From the NCBI RefSeq assembly GCF_009914755.1, contig NC_060934.1: a DNA stretch of 64,000 nt; one strand, written 5' to 3'. The DNA is from the human T2T-CHM13v2.0 reference genome, Homo sapiens. How positions within the stretch are numbered: the stretch's first letter is position 1; every line of letters starts with the position of its first letter. A program made the position numbers and the translations under genes. Below are positions 14,101-27,100 of this stretch, piece after piece. Below the pieces are notes generated by a model. It saw only the letters and a list, made by a program, of their open reading frames with translations, ran no database searches and had not been told where the DNA came from.

Positions 14101-17100
14101 GGAATAAACACCAGTGGAATGGAATGCAATGGAATGGAGTGGAATGGAAAGAAATGGAATGGAATGGAATGGAATGGAATGGAATGGAAAGGAATGGAAT
14201 GGAATGGAGTGGAATGGACTAGAATGGAATGGAATTGAATGAAATCAACCCGATTGGAATGGAATGGAATGGAATGGAATGGACAGGAATGGAATCCAAT
14301 GTAATGGAATGGAATGGAATGGAATGGAAAGGAATAGAATGGAATGAAATGGAATTAAATCAACCCGATTGGAATGGAATGGAATGCAATGGAATGGAAG
14401 AGAATCAACTGAAAACGAAAGAATTTGAATGGAATGGAATGGAATGGAATGGAATAGAATGGAATGGAATCAACCCGGGTGGAATGGATTGGAATGGAGT
14501 AGAACGGAATGGAACAGCAGGCAATGCAATGGAATCAACTAGAATGGATTGGAATGGAATCGAACGGAATCAACCTGAGTGGAATGGAATGGAATGGAAT
14601 GAATGGAATGGAATGGAACGGATACTAATTGAATGGAATGGAAAGGAAACAACCCGAGTGGAATGGAATGCAATGGAATGCAATGGAATGGAATAGAATG
14701 GAATGGAAGGGAATGGAATGGAATTAAATGTAATGGAAACAAACCGAGTGGAATGTAATGGAATGGAAAGGACTGGAATGTAATGGAATGGATTGGAATC
14801 AACCCGATTCCAATGCAATGGAATGGAATGGAATGGAATTGAATGGAAGGGAATGGAAAGGATTGGAAAGGAATGGAATGAACTGGAATGGAATGGAAAG
14901 GAATGGAATGGAAGTTAATGGAATGGAATGGAATGGAATGGAATGGAATGGAATCAACCCGAGTGGAGTGGAATGGAAAGGAATGCAAATGAATGGAATG
15001 GAATGGAATGGAACGGAACGGAATGGAAAGAACCAGAGTGGAATGGAATGGAATGGAATGGAATGGAATGGAATGGAATGGAACGGAATGGAATCTACCC
15101 AACTGGAATGGAATGGAATGGAATGGAACGGAATGGAATGTACCCAGTTGGAATGGAATGGAACGGAATGGAATGAAATGGAATGGCATGTAATAAACAC
15201 GATTGGAATAGAATGGAATGGAATGGAATTGAAAGGAATGGAATAGAATGTAATGGAATCAACTCGAGTGGAAAGGAATGGAATGGAAAGGAATGGAATG
15301 GAGTGGAATGGAATAAACAGCATTGGAATGGAATGGAATGGAAGTTAATGGAATGGACAGGAGTGGAATGGAATGGAATGGAATGGAATGGAATGGAATG
15401 GAATGGACTAGAATGGACTAGAATGGAATGGAATGGAATGAAATCAACCAGATTGGAATGGAATGGAATACAATGGAATGGAATGGAATCAACTGGAAAG
15501 GAATGAAATGAATGGAATGGAATGGAACGGAATGGATTGGAATGGAATGGAATGGAATGGAATCAACCCGAGTAGAATGCAATGGAATGCAATGGAATGG
15601 AATCAACCCTAGTGGAATGCAATGGAATGGAATGGAACGGAATGGAAAGGAATGGAATGGAATGGCATCAACCCGATTGGAATGGATTGGAATGGAGTGG
15701 AATGGAATGGAACGGCATGGAATGCAATGGAATCAACTAGAATGGAATGCAATTGAATGGATTGGAATGGAATCGAATGGAATCAAACTGAGTGGAATGG
15801 AATGGAATGGAATTGAATGGAATGGAATGAATGGAAAGGAATGGAATGGAAACTAATGGAATGGAATGGAAAGGAAACAACCCGAGTGGAACGGAATGCA
15901 ATGGAATGCAATGGAATGGAATTGAATTCAATGTAATGGAAACAAACCGAGTGGAATGTAATGTAATGGAAAGGACTGGAATGTAATGGAATGGATTGGA
16001 ATCAACCCGATTGCAATGCAATAGAATGGAATGGAATGGAATGGATTGGAATGGAATGGAATGGAACGGAATGGAATGGAATGGAAGGGAATGGAATGGA
16101 ATGGAAAGGAATGGAATGAACTGGAATGGAATGGAATGCAATTTAATGGAATGGAATGGCATGGAATCAACACGAGTGGAGTGGAATGGAATGGAATGGA
16201 AATGAATGGAATGGAATGGAATGGAAACTAATGGAATGGAATGCAAACAACCCGAGTGGAATGGAATGCAACGGAATGGAATGGAATGGAATGGAATGGA
16301 ATGGAATGGAATGGAATGGAATTCAACGGAATGGAAACACCCCGAGTGAAATGGCATGGAATGGAAAGGACTTGAATGTAATGGAATGGATTGGAATCAA
16401 CCCGATTAGAAAGCAAAGGAATGGAATGGAATGGAATGGAAGGGAAGGGAATGGAATGGAATGGAATGGAATGGAAAGGAATGGAATGGAATGGAAGGGA
16501 TTGGGACGGAATGGAATGGATTAGAATGGAATGGAATGGAATGAAATCAGCCCGATTGGAATGGAATGGAATGCAATGTAATGGAATGGAATGAACTGGA
16601 AAGGATTGAAATGGAATGGAATGGAATGGAACGGAATCAACCCGAGTGGAATGCAATGGAATGGAATGGAATGGAATGCAATGAAATCAACCCGGGTGGA
16701 ATGGATTGGAATGGAGTGGAATGGAATGGAATGGCATGGAATGGAAACTAAAGGAATGGAATGGAAAGGAAACAACCCGAGTGGAATAGAATGCAATGGA
16801 ATGCAATGGAATGGAATGGAATGCAATGGAATTCAATGTAATGGAAACAAACCGAGTGGAATGTAATCGAATGGAAAGGACTGGACTGTAAAGGAATGGA
16901 TTGGAATCAACCGGATTCCAATGCAATGGAAAGGAATGGAATGGAATGGAATGGAATCAACCCGAGTGGAATGGAATGGAATGGAACGGAATGGAATGGA
17001 ATAGAATGCAATGGAATCAAGTCGAGTGGAAAGGAATGGAATGGAAAGGAATGGAATGGAAAGGAAAGGAATGGAATGCAATGGAATGCAATGGTATGTA

Positions 17101-18724
17101 ATGGAGTCAACCCGAGCGGAATGGAATCGTATGGAATGGAATGAAAATGAATGGCATGCAATGCAATGGAATGGAGTGGAATGGAATAAACACCAGTGGA
17201 AGGGAATGCAATGGAATGGAGCGGACTGGAATAAACACCAGTGGAATGGAATGGAATGGAATGGAATGGAATGGAATGGACTAGAATGGAATGGAATGGA
17301 ATGAAATCAACCCGATTAGAATGGAATAGAATGCAATGGAATGAAATGGAATCAACTGGAAAGAATGAAATGGAATGGAATGGAATGGAATGCAATGGAA
17401 TCAACTCGAGTGGAATGGAATGGAGTGGAATGGAATGCAATGGAATGGAGTGGAATGGAATAAACACCAGTGGAATGGAATGCAATGGAATGGAATGGAA
17501 TGGAATGGAATCAACCCGAGTGGAATGGATTGGAATAGAGTGGAATAGAATGGAATGGAATCAAACTGAGTGGAATGGAATGGAATGGAATGGAATGCAA
17601 TGGAATGTAATGGAGTGGAAGGCATTAGAATCAACGGGAATGGAATGGAATGGAATGGAATGGAATGGAATGGAATGGAATGGAATCAACCACAGTGGAA
17701 TGGAATGGAATGGAATAGATTATAATGGAATGGAATGGAATCAATACGGGTGGAATGGAATGGAATGGAATGGAATGGAAAGGAATGGATTATAATGGAA
17801 TGGAATGGAATCAATCCGGGTGGAATGGAATGGAATTGAATGGAATCAACTTGAGTGGAATCAAATGTAATGTAATGGAATGGAATGGAATGGAACGGAA
17901 TGGAATGGAATGGAATGGAATAGTATGGAATCAATTCGAGTGCAATGTAAAGGTATAGAATGGAATAGAATGGAATGGAATGGAATGGATTCAACCAGAT
18001 AGGAATGCAACGGAAAGGAACGGAATGGAATGGAATGGAATGGAATGGAATGGAATGGAACGGCATGGAATGAAATGGAATGTAGTGGAATAAACCCGAG
18101 TGGAATGGAATGGAATGGAATGGAATGGAATGGAATGGAAAGGAATGTAGCGGCATGGAATGGAATGCAATGGAGTGTAATAAACACGAGTGGAATGGAA
18201 TGGAATGGAATGGACTGGAATGGAATGGAATGGAATGGAATGGAATGGAAGAGAATGGAATGGAATGGAATCAACCCGAGTGGAATGGAATGGATAGGAA
18301 TTGAATGGAATCAACCCGAGTGCAATGTAATGTAATGTAATGTAATGGAATGGAGTGGAATGGAATGGGATAAACACGAGTGGAATGGAATGGAATGGAA
18401 TAGAATGGAATGGAATCAACTTGAGTGGAAAGGAATGGAATGGAAAGGAATGGAATGCAATGGAATGCAGTGGTATGGAATGGAGTCAAACCGAGTGGAA
18501 TGGAATGGAATTGAATGGAATGCAATGGAATGGAGTGGAATGGAATAAACACCAGTAGAATGGAATGGAATGGAAAGGAATGGAATGGAATTAAATGGAA
18601 TGGAATGGACAGGAATAGAATGGAATGGAATGGAATGGAATGGAATGGAATGGCATGGATTAGAGTGGAATGGTATGGAATGAAACCAACCCGATTGGAA
18701 TGGAATGGACTACAATGTAATGGA

Positions 18725-20590
18725 ATGGAATCAACTGGAAAGGAATGAAATGGAATTGAATGGAATGGAATGGAATGGAATTGAATGGAATGGAATGGAA
18801 TGGAATGGCATCAATCCGAGTGGTGTGGAATGGAATGGAATGGAAATCAATGGAATGGAATGGAATGGAATGGAATGGAATGGAATGGAATGGAACGGAA
18901 CGGAATGGAAGAACGCGAATGTAATGGAATGGAATAGAATGGAATAAACACGAGTGGAATGGAATGGAATGGAATGGAATGGAACAGAACGGAATGGAAT
19001 GGAAAGGAAAGGAATGGAAAGGAAAGGAATGGAATACAATGGAATGCAATGGTATGGAATGGAGTCAACACGAGTGGAATGGAATGGAATGGAATGGAAT
19101 GAAATGGAATGGAATGCAATGCAATGGAATGGAGTGGAATGGAATAAACAACAGTGGAATGGAATGGAATGCAATGGAATGGAATGGAATGGAATGGAAT
19201 GGAATGGAATGTACAGGAATGCAATGGAATGGAATGGAATGAAATCAACACGATTGGAATGGAATGGAATGCAATGTAATGGAATGGAATCAACTGAAAG
19301 GAATGGAATGGAATGGAATGGAATGGAATGGAATGGAATGGAATCAACCCGAGTGGAATGCAATGGAATGCAAAGGAATGGAATGGAATGGAATGGAATG
19401 AAATAAACCCGAGTGGAATGGATAGGAATAGAGTGGAACGGAATGGAATGGCATGGAATGGAATGCGATGGATTGCCATGGAATCAACTAGAATGGAATG
19501 GAGTGGAATGGAATGGAGTGGAATGGTATAGAATGGATTGGAATGGAATGAAATCAAACCGATTGGAATGGAATGGAATGCAATGGAATAGAATGGAATG
19601 ATCTGCAAAGGAATCAAATGGAACGCAATGGAATGGAATACAATGGCATGGAATGGAATGGAATACAATGGAATGGAATCAACTGGAAAGGAATGAAATG
19701 GAATTGAATGGAATGGAATGGAATGGAATGGAATGGAATGGAATGGCATCAATCCGAGTGGTGTGGAATGGAATGGAATGGAAATCAATGGAATGGAATG
19801 GAATGGAATGGAATGGAACGGAACGGAATGGAAGAACGCGAATGTATTGGAATGGAATAGAATGGAATAAAGACGAGTGGAATGGAATGGAATGGAATGG
19901 AACAGAACGGAATGGAATGGAAAGGAAAGGAATGGAAAGGAGAGGAATGGAATACAATGGAATGCAATGGTATGGAATGGACTCAACACGAGTGGAATGG
20001 AATGGAATGGAATGGAATGGAATGAAATGGAATGGAATGCAATGCAATGGAATGGAGTGGAATGGAATAAACAACAGTGGAATGGAATGGAATGGAATGG
20101 AATGGAATGGAATGGAATGGACAGGAATGCAATGGAATGGATTGGAATGGAATGGAATGAAATCAACCCGATTGGAATGGAATGGAATGCAATGTAATGG
20201 AATGGAACCAACTGAAAGGAATGGAATGGAATGGAATGGAATCAACCCGAGTGGAATGCAATGGAATGGAATGGAATGGAATGGAATGGAATGGAATGGA
20301 ATGGAATGGAATGAAATCAACCCGAGTGGAATGGATAGGAATAGAGTGGAACTGAATGGAATGGCATGGAATGGAATGCCATGGATTGCCATGGAATCAA
20401 CTAGAATGGAATGGAGTGGAATGGAATGGAGTGGAATGGTACAGAATGGATTGGAATGGAATGATATCAAACCGATTGGAATGGAATGGAATGCAATGCA
20501 ATAGAATGGAATGATCTGGAAAGGAATCAAATGGAACGCAATGGAATGGAATACAATGGCATGGAATGGAATGGAATGGAATGGAATGGA
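18725..20590 (+). repeat. Tandem duplication, ~0.92-0.94 kb unit x2
   Basis: TCAATCCGAGTGGTGTGG 18811/19749; GAACGCGAAT 18911/19834; GATTGCCATGG 19471/20384; ATGATCTG 19598/20511. Confidence 0.88.
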
Positions 20591-21290
20591 ATACAATGGA
20601 ATGGAATCAACTCGAGTGGAAAGGAATGGAAGGGAAAGGAATGGAAAGGAAAGGAAAGGAATTGAATGCAATGGAATGCAATTGTATGGAATGGAGTCAA
20701 CCCGAGTGGAATGCAATGGAATGGAATGGAATGAAATGGAATGGAATGGAATGCAATGGAATGGAGTGGAATGGAATAAACAGCAGTGGAATGGAATGCA
20801 ATGGAATGGAATGGAATGGACAGGAATGGAATGGAATGGAATGAAATCATCCTGATTGGAATGGAGTGGAATGCAATGGAATGTAATGGAATCAACTGGA
20901 AAAGAATGAAATGGAAAGGAAAGGAATGGAATGGAATCAACCCGAGTGGAATGCAATGGAATGGAATGCAATGGAATGGAATGGAATCAACCCAAGTGGG
21001 AATGGATTGGAATGGAGTGGAATGGAATGGAACGGCATGGAATGCAATGGAATCAACTAGAATGGAATGGAATGCAATGGAATAAACAAGAGTGAAATGG
21101 AATGAAATGGAATGGAATGGAAAAGAATGGAATGGAATCAACTCTAGTGGAAAGGAATGGAATGGAAAGGAAACGAATGGAATGCAATGGTATGGAATGG
21201 AGTAAACCCGAGTGGAATGGAATGGAATTGAATGGAATGAAATGGAATGGAATAGAATGGAATGAAATGGAATGGAATGGAATGGAATGG

Positions 21291-21380
21291 AATGAAATGG
21301 AATGGAATGGAATGAAATGGAATGGAATGGAATGAAATGGAATGGAATGGAATGAAATGGAATGGAATGGAATGAAATGG
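21291..21380 (+). repeat. 20-bp secondary repeat (AATGAAATGGAATGGAATGG) x~4.5
   Basis: AATGAAATGG recurs at 21291, 21311, 21331, 21351 and 21371. Confidence 0.85.
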
Positions 21381-21669
21381 AATGGAGTGGAATGGTATAA
21401 ACACCAGTGGAATGGAATGGAATGGAATGGAATGGAATGGACAGGAAGGGAATGGAATGAAATGGAATGGAATGGACTAGAATGGAATGGAATGGAATGA
21501 AATCAACCCGATTGGAATGGAACGGAATGCAATGGAATGGAATGGAATGGAATCAACTGAAAAGGAATGAAATGGAATGGAATGGAATGGAATCGAATGG
21601 AATGGAATGGCATGGAATGAAATGGAAAGGAATGGAATGGAATGGAATGGAATGGAATGGAATGGAATG

Positions 21670-24160
21670 GAATGGAACGAAATCAACCCGAGTGGAATGG
21701 AATGGAATGGAATGGAATGGAATGGAATGGAATGGAATGGAATGGAATGGAATCAACGCGAGTGGAATGCAATGGAATTGAATGGAATGGAATGGAATGA
21801 AATGGAATAAACACGAGTGGAATGGAATGGAATGGAATGGAATGGAATAAAATGGAATGGAAACAACTCGAGTGGAACGGAATGGAATGGAAAGGAATGG
21901 AATGGAAAGGAAAGGAATGGAATGCAATGGAATGCAATGGTATGGAATGGATTCAACCCGAATGGAATGGAATGGAATAGAATGGAATGGAATGAAAGGG
22001 AAAGGAATGGAATGCAATGGAATGGAGTGGAATGGAATAAACTCCAGTGGAATGGAATGGAATGGAAGGGAATGGAATGGAATGGAATGGAATCACCCAG
22101 TGTGGAATGCAATGGAATGGAATGAAATCGAATGGAATGAAATCAACCCGAATGGAATGGATTGGAATAGAGATGAATGGAATGGAAGGGCCTGGAATGC
22201 AATGGAATCAAATAGAATGGAATGGAAAGGAATGGAATGGAGAGGAATAGAATGGAATGGAATGGAATGGAATGGAATGGAATGGAATGGAATGGAGTGG
22301 AATGGACTAGAACGGAATGGAATGGAATGAAATCAACCCGATTGGAATGGAATGGAGTGCAATGGAATGGAATGGAATCAACTGTAAAGGAATCAAATGG
22401 AACGGAATGGAATGGAATGGAATGGAATGGAATGGAATGGAATGGAATGGAATGGAATGGAATGTAAAGGAATCAACCCCAGTGGAATGGAATGGAATGG
22501 AATCGATTATAATTGAATAGAATGGAATCAACCCGGGTGGAATGGAATGGAATGGAATGGATTATAATGGAATGGAATGGAATGGAATGGAATGGAATTC
22601 AATGTAATGGAAACAAACTGAGTGGAATGTAATGGAATGGAAAGGACTGGAATGGAATGGAATGGAATGAAATCAATCCCATTGGAATGGAATGGAACGC
22701 AATGGAATGGAATGGAATCATCTGGAAAGGAATCAAATGGAAAGGAAAGGAATGGAATGGAATGGAATGGAATGGAATCAACCCGAGTGGAATGCAATGG
22801 AATGGAATGGAATGGAATGGAATGGAATGGAATGGAATTGAATGGAATCAACCCTAGTTTAATGGATTGGAATGGAGTGGAATGGAATGGAACCGCATGG
22901 AATGCAATGGAATCAACTAGAATGTAATGGAATTGAATGGATTGGAATGGAATCGAACGGAATCAACCTGAGTGGAATGGAATGGAATGGATTGGAATGG
23001 AATGGAATGGAATGGAATGGAACGAAATCAACCCGAGTGGAATGGAATGGAATGGAATGGAATGGAATGGAATGGAATGGAATGGAATGAAATCAACCCG
23101 ACTTGAATGGAATGGAATGGAATGGGATGGAATGGAATGGAATGGAATGGAATGGAATGGAATGGAATTAACGCGAGTGGAATGCAATGGAATGGAATGG
23201 AATGGAATGAAATGGAATAAACACGAGTGGAATGGAATGGAATGGAATGGAATGGAATAAAATGGAATGGAAACAACTCGAGTGGAACGGAATGGAATGG
23301 AAACGCATGGAATGGAAAGGAATGGAATGGAATGCAATGGAATGCAATGGTATGGAATGGATTCAACCCGAGTGGAATGGAATGGAATAGAATGGAACGG
23401 AATGAAAGGGAAAGGAACGGAATGCAATGGAATGGAGTGGAATGGAATAAACTCCAGTGGAATGGAATGGAATGGAAGGGAATGGAATGGAATGAAATGG
23501 AATGGAATCAACCAGTGTGGAATGCAATGGAATGGAATGAAATGGAATGGAATGAAATCAACCTGAATGGAACGCATTGGAATAGAGATGAATGGAATGG
23601 AAGGGCCTGGAATGCAATGGAATCAAATAGAATGGAATGGAAAGGAATGGAATGGAGAGGAATGGAATGGAATGGAATGGAATGGAATGGAATGGAGTGG
23701 AATGGACTAGAACGGAATGAAATCAACCCGATTGGAATGGAATGGAATGCAATGGAATGGAATGGAATCAACTGGAAAGGAATCAAATGGAACGGAATGG
23801 AATGGAATGGAATGGAATGAAATGGAATGGAATGGAATGTAAAGGAATCAACCCCAGTGGAATGGAATGGAATGGAATCGATTATAATTGAATAGAATGG
23901 AATCAATCCGAGTGGAATGGAATGGAATGGAATGGATTATAATGGAATGGAATGGAATGGAATGGAATTCAATGTAATGGAAACAAACTGAGTGGAATGT
24001 AATGGAATGGAAAGGACTGGAATGGAATGGAATGGAATCAAATCAATCCGATTGGAATGGAATGGAATGCAATGGAATGGAATGGAATCATCTGGAAAGG
24101 AATCAAATGGAAAGGAAAGGAATGGAATGGAATGGAATGGAATGGAATGGAATGGAATGG
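21670..24160 (+). repeat. Tandem duplication, ~1.37-1.41 kb period
   Basis: AATGAAAGGGAAAGG 21991/23401; ACTCCAGTGG 22041/23451; AAGGGCCTGG 22186/23601; AATCGATTATAATTG 22501/23876; TCTGGAAAGGAATCAAATGG 22721/24091. Confidence 0.88.
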
Positions 24161-27100
24161 AATCAACGAGAGTGGAAAGGAATAGAATGGAATGGATTGG
24201 AATGGAATGGAAGGCAGTGGAAACAGCAGGAACGGAATTTAATGAAATGGAATGGAATGGAATGGAACGGAATCAACCTGAGTGGAATGGAATGGAATGG
24301 AATGCAATGGAATGGAATGGAATGGAATCAACCCTAGTGGAATGGAATGGAATGGAATGGAATGGAATGGAATGGAACGGAATGGAATGCAATGGAATCA
24401 ACTGGAATGGAATGGAATGGAATGGAATGGAATGAAACGGAATGGAATCAACCTGAGTGGAATGGAATGGAATGGAATGGAATGGAATGGAATGGAATGG
24501 AACGGAATGGAATTCAACGGAATGGAAACAACCCGAGTGAAATGGCATGGAATGGAACGGACTTGAATGTAATGGAAAGGAGTGGAATCAACCCGATTAG
24601 AAAGCAATGGAAAGGAATGGAATGGAATGGAATGGAATGGAATGGAAGGGAATGGAATGCAATGGAATGGAAAGGAATGGAATGGAGTGGAATCAACTGG
24701 AATGGAATGGAATGGAAGCAACAAGAAGTGGCATGGAATGGAATGGATTGGAATGGAATCGAATCAACTGGAATGCTATGGAATGAAATCAAGCCGAGTG
24801 GAATGGAATGGAATGCAATGGAATGGAATGGAATCAACCCGAGTGGAGTAGAATAAAATGGAATGGAATGGAATGGACTCAACCAGAGTGGAACGGAATG
24901 GAATGGGATGGAATGGAATTGAATGGAATGGAATGGAATGGAATGGAATTAACCCGAGTGGAATGAATGGAAAGGAATGGAATGGAATCGAATGGAATGG
25001 AATGGAATGGAGTGAAATGGAATTGAATGGAATCAACAGGATTGGAATGGAATGAATGTAATGGAATGGAATAGAAAGTAATGGAAAGGAATGGAATGGA
25101 ATCAACCCGAATGGAAGGGAATGGAATTGAATGGAATGGAATGGATTGGAATCCACTCATGTGGAATGGAATGGAATGGAATGGAATGGAATGGAAAGAA
25201 ATCAACGCGAATTGAATGGAATGGAATGGAATGGTATGGAATGGAATGGAATGGAATGGAATGGAATCAACGCGAGTGGAATGCAATGGAATGGAATTGA
25301 ATGGAATGGAATGGAATAAACACGAGTGGAATGGAATGGAATGGAATAGAATGGAATGGAATAAAATGGAATGGAAACAACTCGAGTGGAAAGGAATGGA
25401 ATGGAAAGGCATGGAATGGAATGAAATCAAACCGATTGGAATGGAATGGAATGCAATGGAATGGAATAGAATCATCTGGAAAGGAATCAAATGGAACGGA
25501 ATGGAATGGAATGGAATGGAATGGAATCAACCCGAGTGGAATGCAGTGGAATGGAATGGAATGGAATGGAGTGGAATGGAATGGAACGGCATGGAATGCA
25601 ATGGAATCAACTAGAATGGAATGCAATTGAATGCCTTGGAATGGAATCGAACGGAATCAACCTGAGTGGAATGGAATGGAATGGAATGGAATGGAATGAA
25701 ATGGAATAAACACGAGTGGAATGGAATGTAATGGAATGGAATGGAACGGAACGAAATGGAATGAACCCTAGTAGATTGGAATGGAATGGAATGGAATGTA
25801 ATGGAACGGAATGTAATGGAATGGATTCAACCCGAGTGGAATGGAATGGAATGGAATGGAATAAATACGAATGGAATGGAATGGAATGGAATGGAATGGA
25901 ATGGAATGGAATTTAACCAACTCGAGTGGAATGAAATGTTACGTCATGGAATGGAATGGAATGGAACGGATTGGAATAAACAAGAATGGAATGGAAAGGA
26001 AAGGAATGGAATGGAATGGAATGGAATGGAATGGAATAGAATGGAATATAATGGAATCAATTCGAGTGCAATGTAATGGTATAGAATGGAATGGAATGGA
26101 ATGGAATCAACCAGAGTGGAATGGAATGGAATGGAATGGACTGTAACGGCATGGAATGGAATGGAATGGACTGGAATCAAACCGAGTGGAATGGAATGGA
26201 ATGGAATGGAATGGAATGGAATGGAAAGGAATGGAATGGAATCAACCCGAGTGGAATGGACTGGAATGGAATGGATTGGAATCAACACGAGTGGAATGGA
26301 ATGGAATGGAATGGAATGGAATCAACCCGAGTGCAATGGAATGGAATGGAATGGAATTGAATGAAATGAACACGAGTGGAATGGAATTGAATAGAATGGA
26401 ATGGAATGGAATGGAATGGAATGGAACGGCATGGAATGAAACGGAATGGAGTGGCATTAACCCTAGTGGAATGGAATGGAATGGAATGGAATGGAATGAA
26501 ATGTAGCGGCATGGAATGGAATGGAATGGAGTGCAATAAACACGAGTGGAATGGAATGGAATGGAATGGAATGCAATGGAATGTAATGGAATGGAATAAA
26601 CACGAGTGGAATGGAATGGAATGGAATGGAAGAGAATTGAATGGAATGGAATCAATCCGAGTGGAATGGAATGGATAGGAATGGAATGGAATCAAAAATA
26701 GTGGAATGGAAAGGAATGGAATGGAATGGAATGGAATGGAATGGAATGGAATGGAATGGAATGAAATGGAATGGAATGGAATGTAACGGCATGGAATGGA
26801 ATGGAATTGAGTGGAATCAACAGGTGTGGAATGGAATTGAATGGTTTGTAATGGCATGGAATGGAATGGAGTGGAGTGGAATAAACCCGAGTGGAATGGA
26901 ATGGAATGGAATGGACTGGAATGGAATGGAATGGAATCAACCCGAGTGGAATGGAATGGAATGGAATGGAATGGAATGGAATGGAATGGAATCAACCCGA
27001 GTGCAATGGAATGGAATGGAATGGAATGGATTATAATGGAATGGAATTGAATAAATCCAGGTAGAATGCAATGGAATGGAATGGAATGGAATGAAATGGA

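Noticed and set aside
24205-24790. Mobile-element fragment at the diverged patches
   Set aside because: The patches are only 20-35 bp, still resemble degenerate pentamers, and show no target-site duplication, poly(A) tail or recognisable Alu/L1/LTR sequence.
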